Part shown: positions 46,432-56,498 of the stretch, in pieces
How positions within the stretch are numbered: the stretch's first letter is position 1
Layout: the number at the start of each line of letters is the position of its first letter
Origin: Alphaproteobacteria bacterium
Lineage (GTDB): Bacteria > Pseudomonadota > Alphaproteobacteria > UBA828
Reading direction: 5' to 3'
NCBI GenBank assembly: GCA_965220745.1
Contig: CBDCQT010000013.1
Span: 832,001-896,000, forward strand
DNA: 64,000 bases
Notes under the pieces: generated by a model
Told to the model about the DNA's origin: nothing
What the model saw: only the letters and a program-made list of their open reading frames with translations
Database searches by the model: none
Position numbers and translations under genes: made by a program

Positions 46432-47247
46432 ATGCCGATGCTGGAATGTTCCGAGGGGGATATCCACTACGAGGTCTGCGACATCGTGCCCCCGTGGCAG
46501 GAGCCGCGCGAGACTATCCTCTTTCTCCACGGGCTCGCCGTCGATTCCGACATATGGATCACGTGGCTGCCGATCCTGGCTGACCGCTATCGAATCATTC
46601 GAGTGGACCTGCGCGGCTTCGGCCGGTCCTTCGTCCCGGCGGAGGGCGCCGATTGGTCCATCGACGCGATGGCCGACGATGTTCTCGACGTGCTCGTTGC
46701 GCTTGGGACGGAGCGGGTGCACTTCGTCGGCGAATCGACAGGCGGCACCGTCGGCCTCCATCTCGCCGCGCATCATCCGGGACGCCTTCAAACGCTGACC
46801 ATGGTTTCGGCGGCTCACCGGGGCGGTACGATCGGGCGGGCGCAGGCGCTCCGGGACGATGTCCACGGGCTGGGGATGGACGCGTGGTCGGCCAAACTCA
46901 TGCCGCTCCGCTTCCCCGCAGGTTGCCTGAGCTCCGCGATGGAGCGCTGGTTCCACGACACGCAACGTGCCTCGGCGCCACAGGCCTGCGTCGACCTCGT
47001 GGACATGCTGGTGCGGGTGGACCTCACGGAGGCGCTTGGCGACATCCGCGTTCCCACCCTCCTTATCGCGCCCGACGACAGTCCCTTCGTCTCGCTCGAG
47101 ACCCAGGTCGAGCGGCTGCGTGCCATGCCCGATTGCGAGATGCACGTGGTGGCCGGCGCCCGTCACGGCGTCGCCTATTCGCACGGGCCGGAGTGCGCCA
47201 GCGCCCTCAGAGACTTTTTGGAACGCCGCAGCCCTTCGCCTGAATAG
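46432..47247 (+). CDS. Alpha/beta hydrolase
   Basis: LFLHG, DLRGFGRS, GESTGG nucleophile elbow and GARHG motifs. Confidence 0.9.
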   Translation: MPMLECSEGDIHYEVCDIVPPWQEPRETILFLHGLAVDSDIWITWLPILADRYRIIRVDLRGFGRSFVPAEGADWSIDAMADDVLDVLVALGTERVHFVGESTGGTVGLHLAAHHPGRLQTLTMVSAAHRGGTIGRAQALRDDVHGLGMDAWSAKLMPLRFPAGCLSSAMERWFHDTQRASAPQACVDLVDMLVRVDLTEALGDIRVPTLLIAPDDSPFVSLETQVERLRAMPDCEMHVVAGARHGVAYSHGPECASALRDFLERRSPSPE

Positions 47248-47279
47248 ACCGTGGTGCGACGACGGGCGTTCGCCTCTCC

Positions 47280-47792
47280 TTAACTCTGGGCAGGCAACCG
47301 TTCACCAAACGACTTCCAGATCGGCTCGATGCCGTTCTCCCGCAGGAACTCCTCGGCCATCGCGACGATTTCCGCCTCCCGGAACGCATAGAATGCGTCG
47401 ACGGCGTCCTCGTCTCTGACGTCCCGTTTCCACTTGCCGATCGAGCCCCTGTAGGCGTCCTCCGCCTGTTGTCTCCGCTCCTTGTCGCGGGTCCAATCCG
47501 AGACCAGGAATCGCCTGAGAATCCGATGGTGATCGTCGTGATCGAGGCCGGGAATCTCCAGATAACGCTCCGGCTCGGCGTCGACTGCTTCGCGCTCCTG
47601 GCGATTCTCCTCGGCGGGTATGCCGACCTCCATTTCGGCGTCGTCGTCCGTCTCGTAGAGCCAGACGATGCCGCCCGTCTGCCGGTCGAGGTAGACCACT
47701 TGCGGATATGTATCGTGGAAATCCACGTCGCGGCCGAAGGCCATCGTAAAGAGACCCTTGTCTATGCCCCCGCCACCGTCTCCGTCAGCCAT
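47280..47792 (-). CDS. UPF0158-like hypothetical protein
   Basis: YLDRQTG, ERYLEIP and EFLRENGIEP pattern; acidic, 170 aa. Confidence 0.65.
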   Translation of the reverse strand: MADGDGGGGIDKGLFTMAFGRDVDFHDTYPQVVYLDRQTGGIVWLYETDDDAEMEVGIPAEENRQEREAVDAEPERYLEIPGLDHDDHHRILRRFLVSDWTRDKERRQQAEDAYRGSIGKWKRDVRDEDAVDAFYAFREAEIVAMAEEFLRENGIEPIWKSFGERLPAQS

Positions 47793-47894
47793 GTGCGCGA
47801 CGCCCCTCTCCGATACCGGTTAGCGCGGCGATGCGCGTAGCCAGCCGCGCGGACTTGCCTATATCATGCTCGTCACAAAAGGGGGGATAGACAC

Positions 47895-50015
47895 ATGGCA
47901 GAGACCACCGTCTTCAGCGCTTGTCCTCACGATTGCCCAGACACATGCGCCATGCTCACTACCGTCGAGGACGGCAGGGTGACCCAGGTGCGCGGCAATC
48001 CCGACCACCCGTTCACTCAGGGCGGTCTCTGTGTCAAGGTCAACGACTACCAGAATCGGGTCTATAGCAAGGATCGCGTGCTGCATCCGCTGCGCCGCAC
48101 GGGAGCGAAGGGCGCCGGCGAATTCGAACAAATTTCCTGGGACGACGCGCTTGAGGAAATTTCGCGCCGTTGGAACGACATCATCGACAAGGACGGGCCG
48201 AGCACCATCGTGCCCTACAGCTATCTCGGCACCGAGGGCATCCTAAACGGCCTCAATTCCGGCGATGCCTTCTTCAACAAGCTCGGCGCTGCCGTCTCGG
48301 AACGGACCTTCTGCGACTCTGCCGCGATCACGGCCTTCTTCATGTCCTGCGGGCCGACCGCCGCGGTCGATCCCGAGAGTTTCGTCTACTCGAAGTACAT
48401 CGTCCTTTGGGCAATCAACACCATCAGCAACAACCTGCACCACTGGCCCTTCATTGCCGAGGCACAGCGCCGCGGAGCCAAGGTGGTGGTGATCGATCCG
48501 GTCGCGACCCGCACGGCAAAGCAGGCCGACTGGCACCTGCCGATCAAGCCCGGCACCGACGCCGCTCTGGCGCTCGGCATGATCAACGTGATCATCGCCG
48601 AGAACCTGGTCGATCACGACTACGTCGAGAAGTACACCGTCGGCTACGACGAGCTGGCCGAGCGTGCGGCGAACTTCCCGCCGGATAGGGTCGCTGAGAT
48701 CACCGGGATTGCGGCCGACGACATCCGCACGCTGGCGCGGGAGTTCGCGACCACGCAGCCCTCGGTAATCCGCATGGGCGTGGCGATCGAACGCAACGCA
48801 TCCGGCGGCAACGCCGTGCGGGCGATGTCCTGCATCCCAGCACTGGTCGGCTCCTGGCGGCATTGCGGCGGCGGCATCCTGCACATGCCGATCTGGGCCT
48901 TCCCGATGAAGTGGGACGATCTCAGCCGCCCCGACTGGATCCGCGAAGGCACACCGGTGATCAACCAGTGGCGGCTCGGCCCGGCGCTCGCGGGCGAGCT
49001 CGACCACAAGGTCAATTCGCTCTTCGTCTACAACTCGAATCCGGTTGTGGTGGCGCCGGAGCAGGACAAGATGCTGCAGGGTCTCGCGCGCGAGGATCTG
49101 TTCACCGTCGTGAGCGAGCACTTCCTCACCGATACTGCGCTCTACGCCGACATCGTGCTGCCCGCCACCACGCAGCTGGAGCAGTTCGATCTCATGTTCT
49201 CGTGGGGGCACCTCTATCTGACCCTCAACGAGCCGGCGATCGCGCCGCTCGGCGAGGCGGTGTCCAACACCGAGCTGTTCCGGCGCCTGGCCCGCGCCAT
49301 GGGCTTCAACGACCCCTTCTGGGATCGGTCGGACGAGCAAATGGCGCTCGATGCCCTGGACTGGGACAACCCGGTGCTGGAGGGGATCGACCTCGATGGC
49401 TTGCGCCAGACCGGCTATGCCCGGCTCAAGGTCGGCTCGCCGGAGGAGTTCGTACCGCACCGCGAGGGCAACTTCCCGACGCCCTCCGGCAAGATGGAAT
49501 TCAAGTCGTCCGTTGCCGAGGCCGCCGGCAACATGGTGCTGCCGCTGTTTCGCCAGGGCTATGCCGCCGATCAGTCGGGCGAGCCGCTGGACCCGTTGCC
49601 AAACTTCATTCCGCAGAACGAGTCAGCGCGCACCAACCCCGAGCTCGCCGCGCGTTATCCGCTCAACATGCTCTCACCGAAGGCCCACGCCTTCCTCAAC
49701 TCGTGCTACGCCAATATGGATACCCAGCTTCATCACGCCGGCGAGCAGATGGTGATGATCAATCCGAGCGACGCGGGTGCCCGCGGCATCGCTGATGGAA
49801 ACGCGGTGCAGGTCTTCAACGACCGAGGCGCATTCCATGCGGTGGCGCACGTTAGCGAGGACGCAAGCCCCGGTGTCGTGGTCGCACCGCTCGGCTATTG
49901 GGCGAAGAGCAGCCCCAACGGCCGCACGGTGAATGCCATCAACCCGCCGGCCTTCGCAGACTACGGCAACGCGCCGACCTTCTCCGACACGCTGGTGGAG
50001 GTGAGCGCGGTTTAG
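47895..50015 (+). CDS. Molybdopterin (bis-MGD) oxidoreductase, DMSO-reductase superfamily, substrate unknown
   Basis: CPHDCPDTC...GLCVK Fe-S motif, ISWDDAL, VVIDP, PGTDAALA, YNSNP, TDTALYADIVLPA and FLNS motifs; no Tat signal. Confidence 0.9.
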   Translation: MAETTVFSACPHDCPDTCAMLTTVEDGRVTQVRGNPDHPFTQGGLCVKVNDYQNRVYSKDRVLHPLRRTGAKGAGEFEQISWDDALEEISRRWNDIIDKDGPSTIVPYSYLGTEGILNGLNSGDAFFNKLGAAVSERTFCDSAAITAFFMSCGPTAAVDPESFVYSKYIVLWAINTISNNLHHWPFIAEAQRRGAKVVVIDPVATRTAKQADWHLPIKPGTDAALALGMINVIIAENLVDHDYVEKYTVGYDELAERAANFPPDRVAEITGIAADDIRTLAREFATTQPSVIRMGVAIERNASGGNAVRAMSCIPALVGSWRHCGGGILHMPIWAFPMKWDDLSRPDWIREGTPVINQWRLGPALAGELDHKVNSLFVYNSNPVVVAPEQDKMLQGLAREDLFTVVSEHFLTDTALYADIVLPATTQLEQFDLMFSWGHLYLTLNEPAIAPLGEAVSNTELFRRLARAMGFNDPFWDRSDEQMALDALDWDNPVLEGIDLDGLRQTGYARLKVGSPEEFVPHREGNFPTPSGKMEFKSSVAEAAGNMVLPLFRQGYAADQSGEPLDPLPNFIPQNESARTNPELAARYPLNMLSPKAHAFLNSCYANMDTQLHHAGEQMVMINPSDAGARGIADGNAVQVFNDRGAFHAVAHVSEDASPGVVVAPLGYWAKSSPNGRTVNAINPPAFADYGNAPTFSDTLVEVSAV

Positions 50016-50099
50016 ATCCTCGGCCTGCGCCAGATCGTTCGCCTCCACCGGGCCGGGCCGAGCACGGCAGGGACGCATGCGCGCGGGAAGGGTCGGAAC

Positions 50100-50972
50100 A
50101 TGCTCGCGAAGCACGAAGTCGATGCGTTCTGGCGCGATGGCTTTATCGTTGCCGAGAACGCGGTCGACCGCCGCCAGCTCACGCGCCTGCGGGGCGTCCT
50201 GGCCGGATGGGTCGACGAAAGCCGCGGCCGCGACGCGCCATTCGGCGAGCCGACCACCGACGGGCGGCCGCGCTTCGACCTGGCGCCCGAGCACAACGCG
50301 AAGCAGCCCGCACTCCGACGGGTCAATAACCCTAGTGAGATCGACGACGCCTACATGGAGGCGATGCGCGATTCGGCGATGACCGACATGGTCGCCGCCC
50401 TCATCGGCCCCGACGTCAAACACCATCACTGCAAGATCAACCTCAAGCTGCCCGGCTCCAACACCGAGGTGCGCTACCACCAGGACTTCGCCTACACGCC
50501 GCACACGAACGATGATGTCGTGACCGCTCTGCTCATGCTCGACGACATGACGCCCGAGAACGGCTGTCTCATGGCGGTGCCCGGCAGCCACCGCGGACCG
50601 GTGTACTCGCTCTTCGACGGCGAGCGCTTCACCGGTTTCGTCGCGCCCGCCGTGGAGCGCTCGTTACGCGAGCACGAGGTGCCCGTTCTCGGCAGCGCCG
50701 GCAGCGTCTGCCTGATGCACACCCGGCTCGCGCACGGCTCTGAGCCCAACCGCTCGTCAGCGCCGCGCGGTCTCTACATCTGTGTCTACAGCGCTGCGGA
50801 CGCGTTCCCCATCGCCCGCAACCCCATGCCGAACCGCAACGAGGGCATGATGGTGCGCGGCCGGCCTACGCGCCGTGCCCGCCTCGCCGAAGCGACCATC
50901 GAGCTGCCCGAGCAGCCGATGCGCGCGTCGTTCTTCGCCGTGCAGGAGGAGGCCGGCGACTCCGCGTCCTGA
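50100..50972 (+). CDS. Phytanoyl-CoA dioxygenase (PhyH) family Fe/2OG enzyme
   Basis: KINLK, YHQDF (HxD), ENGCL-x-x-VPGSH and HTRLAHGS-x-x-NRS...R motifs. Confidence 0.9.
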   Translation: MLAKHEVDAFWRDGFIVAENAVDRRQLTRLRGVLAGWVDESRGRDAPFGEPTTDGRPRFDLAPEHNAKQPALRRVNNPSEIDDAYMEAMRDSAMTDMVAALIGPDVKHHHCKINLKLPGSNTEVRYHQDFAYTPHTNDDVVTALLMLDDMTPENGCLMAVPGSHRGPVYSLFDGERFTGFVAPAVERSLREHEVPVLGSAGSVCLMHTRLAHGSEPNRSSAPRGLYICVYSAADAFPIARNPMPNRNEGMMVRGRPTRRARLAEATIELPEQPMRASFFAVQEEAGDSAS

Positions 50973-50991
50973 TCGCCGCCGCCGATTCGCC

Positions 50992-51387
50992 TTACGGCCG
51001 CCGTGCCAGCAGGTCGATCTCGACGCGGGCATCGAGGGCGAGCCCGGTGACGCCCACGCACGTGCGCGCCGGGCGCCGCTCGGGATCGAAATAGGTCTCG
51101 TAGACCGCGTTCATCGCCGCGTAGTCCTCCTTGAAGTGCGTGAGATAGACCCGCGCGACGAGGACGTGCTCGAGCCCGAGGCCGAAGGAGCCGAGCACGA
51201 TCTTCAGATTGGCCATGACGTTGTGGGTCTGGCCTTCGATGCCGTCGGGGAGCGGCGCGGCCTCGTCGTCGGGGTCGTTGGGCATCTGGCCGGTGACGAA
51301 CACCCATTCGTCGGCTTCGACCGCGTGGCTGAAGGGCGCGACGGGCGTGGGTGCGCCGGCCGCCATGTGGAAGATCGGTGCTGTCAT
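50992..51387 (-). CDS. RidA/YjgF family protein
   Basis: PFSHAV, FVTGQMP, MNAVY, PARTCVGV and VEID motifs. Confidence 0.92.
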   Translation of the reverse strand: MTAPIFHMAAGAPTPVAPFSHAVEADEWVFVTGQMPNDPDDEAAPLPDGIEGQTHNVMANLKIVLGSFGLGLEHVLVARVYLTHFKEDYAAMNAVYETYFDPERRPARTCVGVTGLALDARVEIDLLARRP

Positions 51388-51414
51388 GGGATTCCTCTCG
51401 TCGTGCGGGCGCGG

Positions 51415-51909
51415 TCAGGCCTCGACGGTGTGGAGCATGACCCGGAGCGCTCGCGCGAGCTCCTCCTTCTCCGCGGTGGAGAGGTCGCGGGTGATCTCGC
51501 CTTCGAGCGCGTTGAATCGGGGAAAAATCTCGCGCACGGTGGCGATCCCCGTCTCGGTCGCCTCCACCAGCACCCGCCGGCCGTCGGCGGCATGGGGGCG
51601 GCGGGCGGCGAAGCCCAGCCCTTCCAGGGTCTTCACCACGCCGGTGAGGGTGCTCTTGGAGATCCCCGATTCCTCGGCGAGGACGTTGGACTCCTTCGGC
51701 CCCCAGACCCACAGCACCCAGAGCACCGTGAAGCCCGAGAATGAGAGGCGGTACTCGGCGAGCAGGTTGCGCTCCATGTAATTGCGCACCGCGTTAGCCA
51801 CACGAAAGACGTTGGAGACGGCCGCGAAGGCGTCGACATCAATGCCCAGCCCCTCGACCCGCGCGCGGGCCTCGCGCTCCTCGCGCGTGAGCGCAACCTC
51901 CCTGCTCAT
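51415..51909 (-). CDS. MarR family transcriptional regulator
   Basis: LSFSGFTVLWVL, SKSTLTGVVKTLE and DGRRVLV motifs; ATG overlaps the upstream stop. Confidence 0.9.
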   Translation of the reverse strand: MSREVALTREEREARARVEGLGIDVDAFAAVSNVFRVANAVRNYMERNLLAEYRLSFSGFTVLWVLWVWGPKESNVLAEESGISKSTLTGVVKTLEGLGFAARRPHAADGRRVLVEATETGIATVREIFPRFNALEGEITRDLSTAEKEELARALRVMLHTVEA

Positions 51910-52727
51910 GCGTCGGTGCCCCCGATCTCGGGGAGGTTTCTCCGCTCCAGCGTCGTGCCGCCTCGCCAGGACATGGCGACCTCGCGCCAGTAGCCCGCGA
52001 TCAGCTCGCGGGGCTGCAGCCGGGTGAGCTCCTCCACCGGGGAGTCGCCGATCCAGAGCTCGAAGCTGCCGCGGAAGCAGCGGCCGATCTCGCCCTCGTA
52101 GGCGGACATGGTCACCAGCTCGTCCAGGCTGTCGCTGCCGTCGCCCTCGATCGCGGGCATCCAGCGGTTGTGCACCATCGGCAGCGCGTTGACGAAGCCG
52201 GCATGGTCGCTCTCGGCCTCGATCTCGAAGGTCGCGTGCAGCAGGCGGCGGTCGTTGGCGGCGAGGCTCGCGCCGAAGCGCCCGCCGGGCTCCAGGCCCG
52301 GCCCGGCCCGGCCCACCGTGACCGGGCGGGTGAGATAGATCGAGCCGAGCTTCTTGGGGTAGCCCTGGTGATGGCCGCGCACCATGGCGTAGTCGGTATC
52401 GACCCAGATGTAGGCGCAGCGCGAGTAGTGCCGGCCCCGGTACTTGCAGCGGATGACGACGAACATCTCCCGGTACTGCGCACGGACGGGGTCGAGCAGC
52501 TCCTCGAAGGTGTCGGAGCAGCTCTGCCACTCGGCCCAGATGAGCGCCACGGCGCCGGGGTCTTCGTCTGCCGGCGCGAGACCGGGCGGGATCAGCGCCG
52601 CCACCGCGTCGGGGTCGGTGCGGTATTCCAGCGTGAGCATTTGACCGGAGTAGTGCCACGGCACGGGCGGCAGCAGGGAGGCGCGGCCGCTGCCGGAGCG
52701 CGGGAACATGAAGCCTTTGAGGGACAA
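51906..52727 (-). CDS. Acetoacetate decarboxylase (Adc/MppR-like) family protein
   Basis: PWHYSG, QYRE, YIWVD and RGHHQGYPKKLG Schiff-base Lys motif; TTG start with GGGAG RBS. Confidence 0.85.
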   Translation of the reverse strand: MSLKGFMFPRSGSGRASLLPPVPWHYSGQMLTLEYRTDPDAVAALIPPGLAPADEDPGAVALIWAEWQSCSDTFEELLDPVRAQYREMFVVIRCKYRGRHYSRCAYIWVDTDYAMVRGHHQGYPKKLGSIYLTRPVTVGRAGPGLEPGGRFGASLAANDRRLLHATFEIEAESDHAGFVNALPMVHNRWMPAIEGDGSDSLDELVTMSAYEGEIGRCFRGSFELWIGDSPVEELTRLQPRELIAGYWREVAMSWRGGTTLERRNLPEIGGTDA

Positions 52728-52782
52728 GACGAATCACTCCCGGAATCGCGACGATTCCTTGTCTTTCGCAATCGTCGATCCT

Positions 52783-52802
52783 ATCGTCAGGGACCGAACG
52801 AT
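52783..52802. promoter_or_regulatory. Candidate palindromic operator 1
   Basis: ATCGTCAGGGACCGAACGAT in the Adc/FAH divergent gap; similar to 57796-57815. Confidence 0.55.
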
Positions 52803-52821
52803 TTCAAGCCGAGGGCCAGCC

Positions 52822-53670
52822 ATGACGGAGTTCCGGCGCATCCTGCTCGACGGTTACCCCGCCGTCGTGACCAGAGACGGCGAGCGCCTGCACGCGAAGG
52901 ACGGACGCTCGGTCGCGGTGGAGGATGCGATCCACCTGCCGCCGACGGAGCCGCGCAAGATCATCTGCGTTCACCTCAACTACCAGAGCCGGGTGGACGA
53001 GTTCATGGCGACGCTGCCGGCGACGCCGACTTACTTCCACAAGCCGGTGAGCGCGCTCTGCGGGCACGGCGCGCAAGTGGTACGGCCCGAGCGCTGCCAG
53101 TGGCTGAACTACGAGGGCGAGATCGCCATCGTCATCGGCTGGCACTGCCGCAACGTCGCGCGCGACGAGGCCGCTGACTACATCGCGGGCTACACCATCG
53201 CCAACGACTACGGACTGCACGACTTCCGCGACACCGACGCGGGCTCCATGCTGCGGGTGAAGGGCTCGGACACGCTCTGCCCGGTCGGCCCCGCACTGGT
53301 GAGCGACTGGGACTTTCGCGGCAAGTCCGTCCGCACCTACGTCAATGGCGCCCTCGCCCAGGACGGAAACACGGACGAGATGGCGTGGGACATGCACTAT
53401 CTCGTGGCCGACATCGCCCGCAACATCACGCTTGAGCCCGGCGACTTGCTGCTCTCCGGCACGCCCGCCAACAGCCGGCCGGTTGAGCCGGGCGACGTCG
53501 TGCGTGTGGAGGTGGACGGGCTGGGCGCACTGGAGAACGAGATCGTACAGGGCCCGGCGCCGATCCGCGACGATGTCGGCGCCCAGCCCACGAGCTCGGA
53601 GGAGGTGATGTCCACCGCGCTCGGCGGCGACTGGGAGCTCCGCGGCATTCGGGCCCCGCGCAAGTCGTAG
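52822..53670 (+). CDS. Fumarylacetoacetate hydrolase family protein (HpaG-like)
   Basis: KIICVHLNY, YFHKP, NYEGEIA, GYTIANDY, KGSDTLCPVGP and GDLLLSGTPA motifs. Confidence 0.9.
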   Translation: MTEFRRILLDGYPAVVTRDGERLHAKDGRSVAVEDAIHLPPTEPRKIICVHLNYQSRVDEFMATLPATPTYFHKPVSALCGHGAQVVRPERCQWLNYEGEIAIVIGWHCRNVARDEAADYIAGYTIANDYGLHDFRDTDAGSMLRVKGSDTLCPVGPALVSDWDFRGKSVRTYVNGALAQDGNTDEMAWDMHYLVADIARNITLEPGDLLLSGTPANSRPVEPGDVVRVEVDGLGALENEIVQGPAPIRDDVGAQPTSSEEVMSTALGGDWELRGIRAPRKS

Positions 53671-53677
53671 CGCGGCG

Positions 53678-55141
53678 TCAGGCGGTGGAGCTCTCCAGGA
53701 TCTGCAGGGTCTTCAGGTCGCTGTGGAAGTCGAGGGCGTAGTCGCCGCCTTCCCTGCCGATGCCGCTGATGCCGCAGCCGCCGAAGGGCGCGCTCAGGTC
53801 GCGGACGAGGAAGCAGTTGACCCAGACCGTGCCCGCGCGCACCCGCCGCCCGATGCGCTCAGCCCTCGCCGCATCGCCGGTGTAGACGACCCCGGCGAGC
53901 CCGTAGCGCGTGCCGTTGGCAAGCGCCACTGCCTCGCCTTCGTCCGCGAAGGTTTGCAGGGTCAGCACCGGGCCGAACACCTCGTGCTGCACGATCTCGG
54001 CCTCGTTGCTGCGGGGCTCGATCAGGGTCGGCTCGTACCAGAGCCCGCCCTCCCGGGTGACGTGCCCGCCTCTCAGCACTCGGTCTCCCGCCGCCCGCGC
54101 CCGCTCGACGAAACCGTGGACCCGCGCGAGGTGCTCGGGATGAATCAGCGGAGAGAGCGTGGTGCCGGGCTCGCGGCTGTCGCCCGCCACATGCTGCTCG
54201 GTGTAGGCGAGCATCCGTTCAAGGAACTCCTCGCGGACCGCGTCCTCCACCAGGAGGCGGGTGCCTGCCAGGCAGACCTGCCCCGAGTCGTCGTACTGGC
54301 CGGCGGCCTTGCGGGCGGCGGCATCGAGGTCGGAGTCGGCGAACACGATGAAGGGGCTCTTGCCGCCAAGCTCCGCCGTGAAGGGCACGATGTTGCGGGC
54401 GGCGGCGGCCCCAATCTGCCGGGCGGCCTCGGGCGAGCCGGTGAACGAGATGCGGCGCACCCGCGGGTCCGCGACCAAGGCTGCGCCGACCTCCTCGCCG
54501 AGCCCCTGGACCACGTTGAAGACGCCGGGCGGGAAGCCGGCCTCGTCCACCAGATCGGCGAGCAGGGAGGCCGTGATCGGCGACCACTCGGCAGGCTTGA
54601 GGATCACAGTATTGCCGGCGGCGAGCGCCGGCGCGCACTTCCAGGTCGCGAGCATGAAGGGCGCGTTCCAGGGCGTGATGATCACCGCGGGGCCGGCGGG
54701 CATGCGCAGCACACGGTTGGCGGTGCCGTTGGAGTTCCAGGCCCGCGGCTCGTAGTCGCAGGCGAGGTCGGCGTAGGCACGAAAGTTCCGCGCCCCTCGG
54801 GGGATCACCCGCAGCTCCAGACTCTCCTGGAGCATCGCCATGTCGAGGCATTCGAGCCGGGCCAGGGTGGCGACGTTCGCGTCGATGAGCTCGGCGAGGC
54901 GGTGCATGTACGCCGCCCGCTCGGCCGGGCCCTTCGCCGACCAGCTGGGGAAGGCGTCCGCCGCCGCGCCCACCGCCTGCGCGGCGGTCGCGGCATAGCC
55001 CGCTGCGAAGTCTCCGAGCTTCCGAGACCAGTCCAGCGGCGAGCGGTCCTCGAAGCGACGCGCCGAGGGCACCCGGCGCCCTGCGATGTAGTGATCGGGT
55101 GAGACGGAGACACCGTCGACGTCGATCCGGGGCGCAGTCAT
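53678..55141 (-). CDS. Aldehyde dehydrogenase, hydroxymuconate-semialdehyde dehydrogenase (HpaE)-like
   Basis: ITPWNAPFMLATWK, KPAEWSP, FTGS, ELGGKS, GQVCLAGTR, EVFGPV and VRDLSAPFGG motifs. Confidence 0.88.
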   Translation of the reverse strand: MTAPRIDVDGVSVSPDHYIAGRRVPSARRFEDRSPLDWSRKLGDFAAGYAATAAQAVGAAADAFPSWSAKGPAERAAYMHRLAELIDANVATLARLECLDMAMLQESLELRVIPRGARNFRAYADLACDYEPRAWNSNGTANRVLRMPAGPAVIITPWNAPFMLATWKCAPALAAGNTVILKPAEWSPITASLLADLVDEAGFPPGVFNVVQGLGEEVGAALVADPRVRRISFTGSPEAARQIGAAAARNIVPFTAELGGKSPFIVFADSDLDAAARKAAGQYDDSGQVCLAGTRLLVEDAVREEFLERMLAYTEQHVAGDSREPGTTLSPLIHPEHLARVHGFVERARAAGDRVLRGGHVTREGGLWYEPTLIEPRSNEAEIVQHEVFGPVLTLQTFADEGEAVALANGTRYGLAGVVYTGDAARAERIGRRVRAGTVWVNCFLVRDLSAPFGGCGISGIGREGGDYALDFHSDLKTLQILESSTA

Positions 55142-55181
55142 CGGCTCCTCCGCTCTATGCCGTGCGGGTCGAGGCGCGGTG

Positions 55182-56468
55182 CTAGAGGAAGTTGAGGTAG
55201 CGCGACATCTCCCAGTCCGTCGTGCTGCCGAGGTAGTCGTCCCACTCCTTGCGCTTGATCCCGATGTGGTTCGCCACCAGCAGCGCGCCGATCGCGGCGA
55301 CCAGCGCGTCGTCCTGCTCCAGCGCGTCGAGCGCCGCGCCCAGGTTCCCGGGCACGGCGACGTCTGTATCGACGCTCTCCAGCCCGTCGCCGGTCTCCGC
55401 CGGCGGCAGTGGATAGCCGTTCTCCACCCCGAGCCGGGCCGCCCGCAGCATGGTCGCCGCGGCGACATAGGGATTGGCGGCACCGTCAGCCACGCGATGC
55501 TCGATGCGCGTCGCCGGTCCGCGTTCGCCGGGCACCCGCACCGCGACGCCGCGGTGGTCGTATCCCCAGTTCGCCCAGTAGCCGGCGAGACTCGCCGGGC
55601 GGAGCCGGCGGTAGGAGTTGACGGTGGGCGCGATCAGCCCGGCCATGGAGCGGTGATGGTGCATGAGCCCCGCGATGCACTGCCGGGAGAGGTCGGAGAG
55701 GCCGTCCGCCTGCGCGGGGTCGGCGCAGGCGTTGTGCCCGTCCTTGTCGGCGAAGCTGAGGTTGAGGTGGACCCCGCTGCCGCCGCGATCCGAGAGCGGC
55801 TTCGGCATGAAGCTGAGCAGATAACCCCGTTTCGCCGCGACCTCGCGGGCCATCAGCCGGAAGAGGAAGATGTCGTCGATGGCCCCGAGCGCGTCCCGAT
55901 AGCGCAGCGTGAACTCGAACTGCGGCCAGTCGAACTCGGAGTTGATCGCCTCCAGCGGGAAGCCGCAGGCCTCCGCCTGCGACCAGATGCCGTCGACCAG
56001 CCCGGCGGGGTCGACCGCAGCGCCGGTGCCGTAGACGTAGGCGCCGGGGGTGTCGTAGGGCACCCAGTTGCCGGTGGAATCGCGCTCGAAGACGAAGGCC
56101 TCGAGCTCGATGCCGAGGAAGGGCGCGAGCCCCGCCTCCTGCCACGCCGCAATCGCGCGGGCGAGCGCGCCCCGTGCGCAGAGCCCGAGCGGCTGCCTGT
56201 CCTTCTCCAGGTTCGCCACCACCACGCCGGTGCCGGGCTCCCAGCCGGGCCGGACTCCGTCGAGGTCGAACACCGCCTCCATGTCCGGCAGGCCTTCGGG
56301 CACACCCGATCCGGGGGCGGGGATCAAGGCACGCTCGTAGTCCACGGCGTAGACCCCGACGCACTGACGGAGCGTGCCGGACTCGGCCATTGCGCGTGGG
56401 ACGTACTTGCCGCGCGCGAGGTTCAGATGGTCGCAGAACAGGACCCGAATGCGTTCGTAGTCGCTCAT
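55182..56468 (-). CDS. Glutamine synthetase family (gamma-glutamyl ligase-like) protein
   Basis: GIELE, SEFDWPQFE, FMPKP, GSGVHLN, PTVNSYRRL, WGYDHR, RIEHR and ANPY motifs; divergent N-terminus. Confidence 0.88.
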   Translation of the reverse strand: MSDYERIRVLFCDHLNLARGKYVPRAMAESGTLRQCVGVYAVDYERALIPAPGSGVPEGLPDMEAVFDLDGVRPGWEPGTGVVVANLEKDRQPLGLCARGALARAIAAWQEAGLAPFLGIELEAFVFERDSTGNWVPYDTPGAYVYGTGAAVDPAGLVDGIWSQAEACGFPLEAINSEFDWPQFEFTLRYRDALGAIDDIFLFRLMAREVAAKRGYLLSFMPKPLSDRGGSGVHLNLSFADKDGHNACADPAQADGLSDLSRQCIAGLMHHHRSMAGLIAPTVNSYRRLRPASLAGYWANWGYDHRGVAVRVPGERGPATRIEHRVADGAANPYVAAATMLRAARLGVENGYPLPPAETGDGLESVDTDVAVPGNLGAALDALEQDDALVAAIGALLVANHIGIKRKEWDDYLGSTTDWEMSRYLNFL

Positions 56469-56498
56469 GCCAAGCGCCCTATCACTCGGCCGCGCCGG

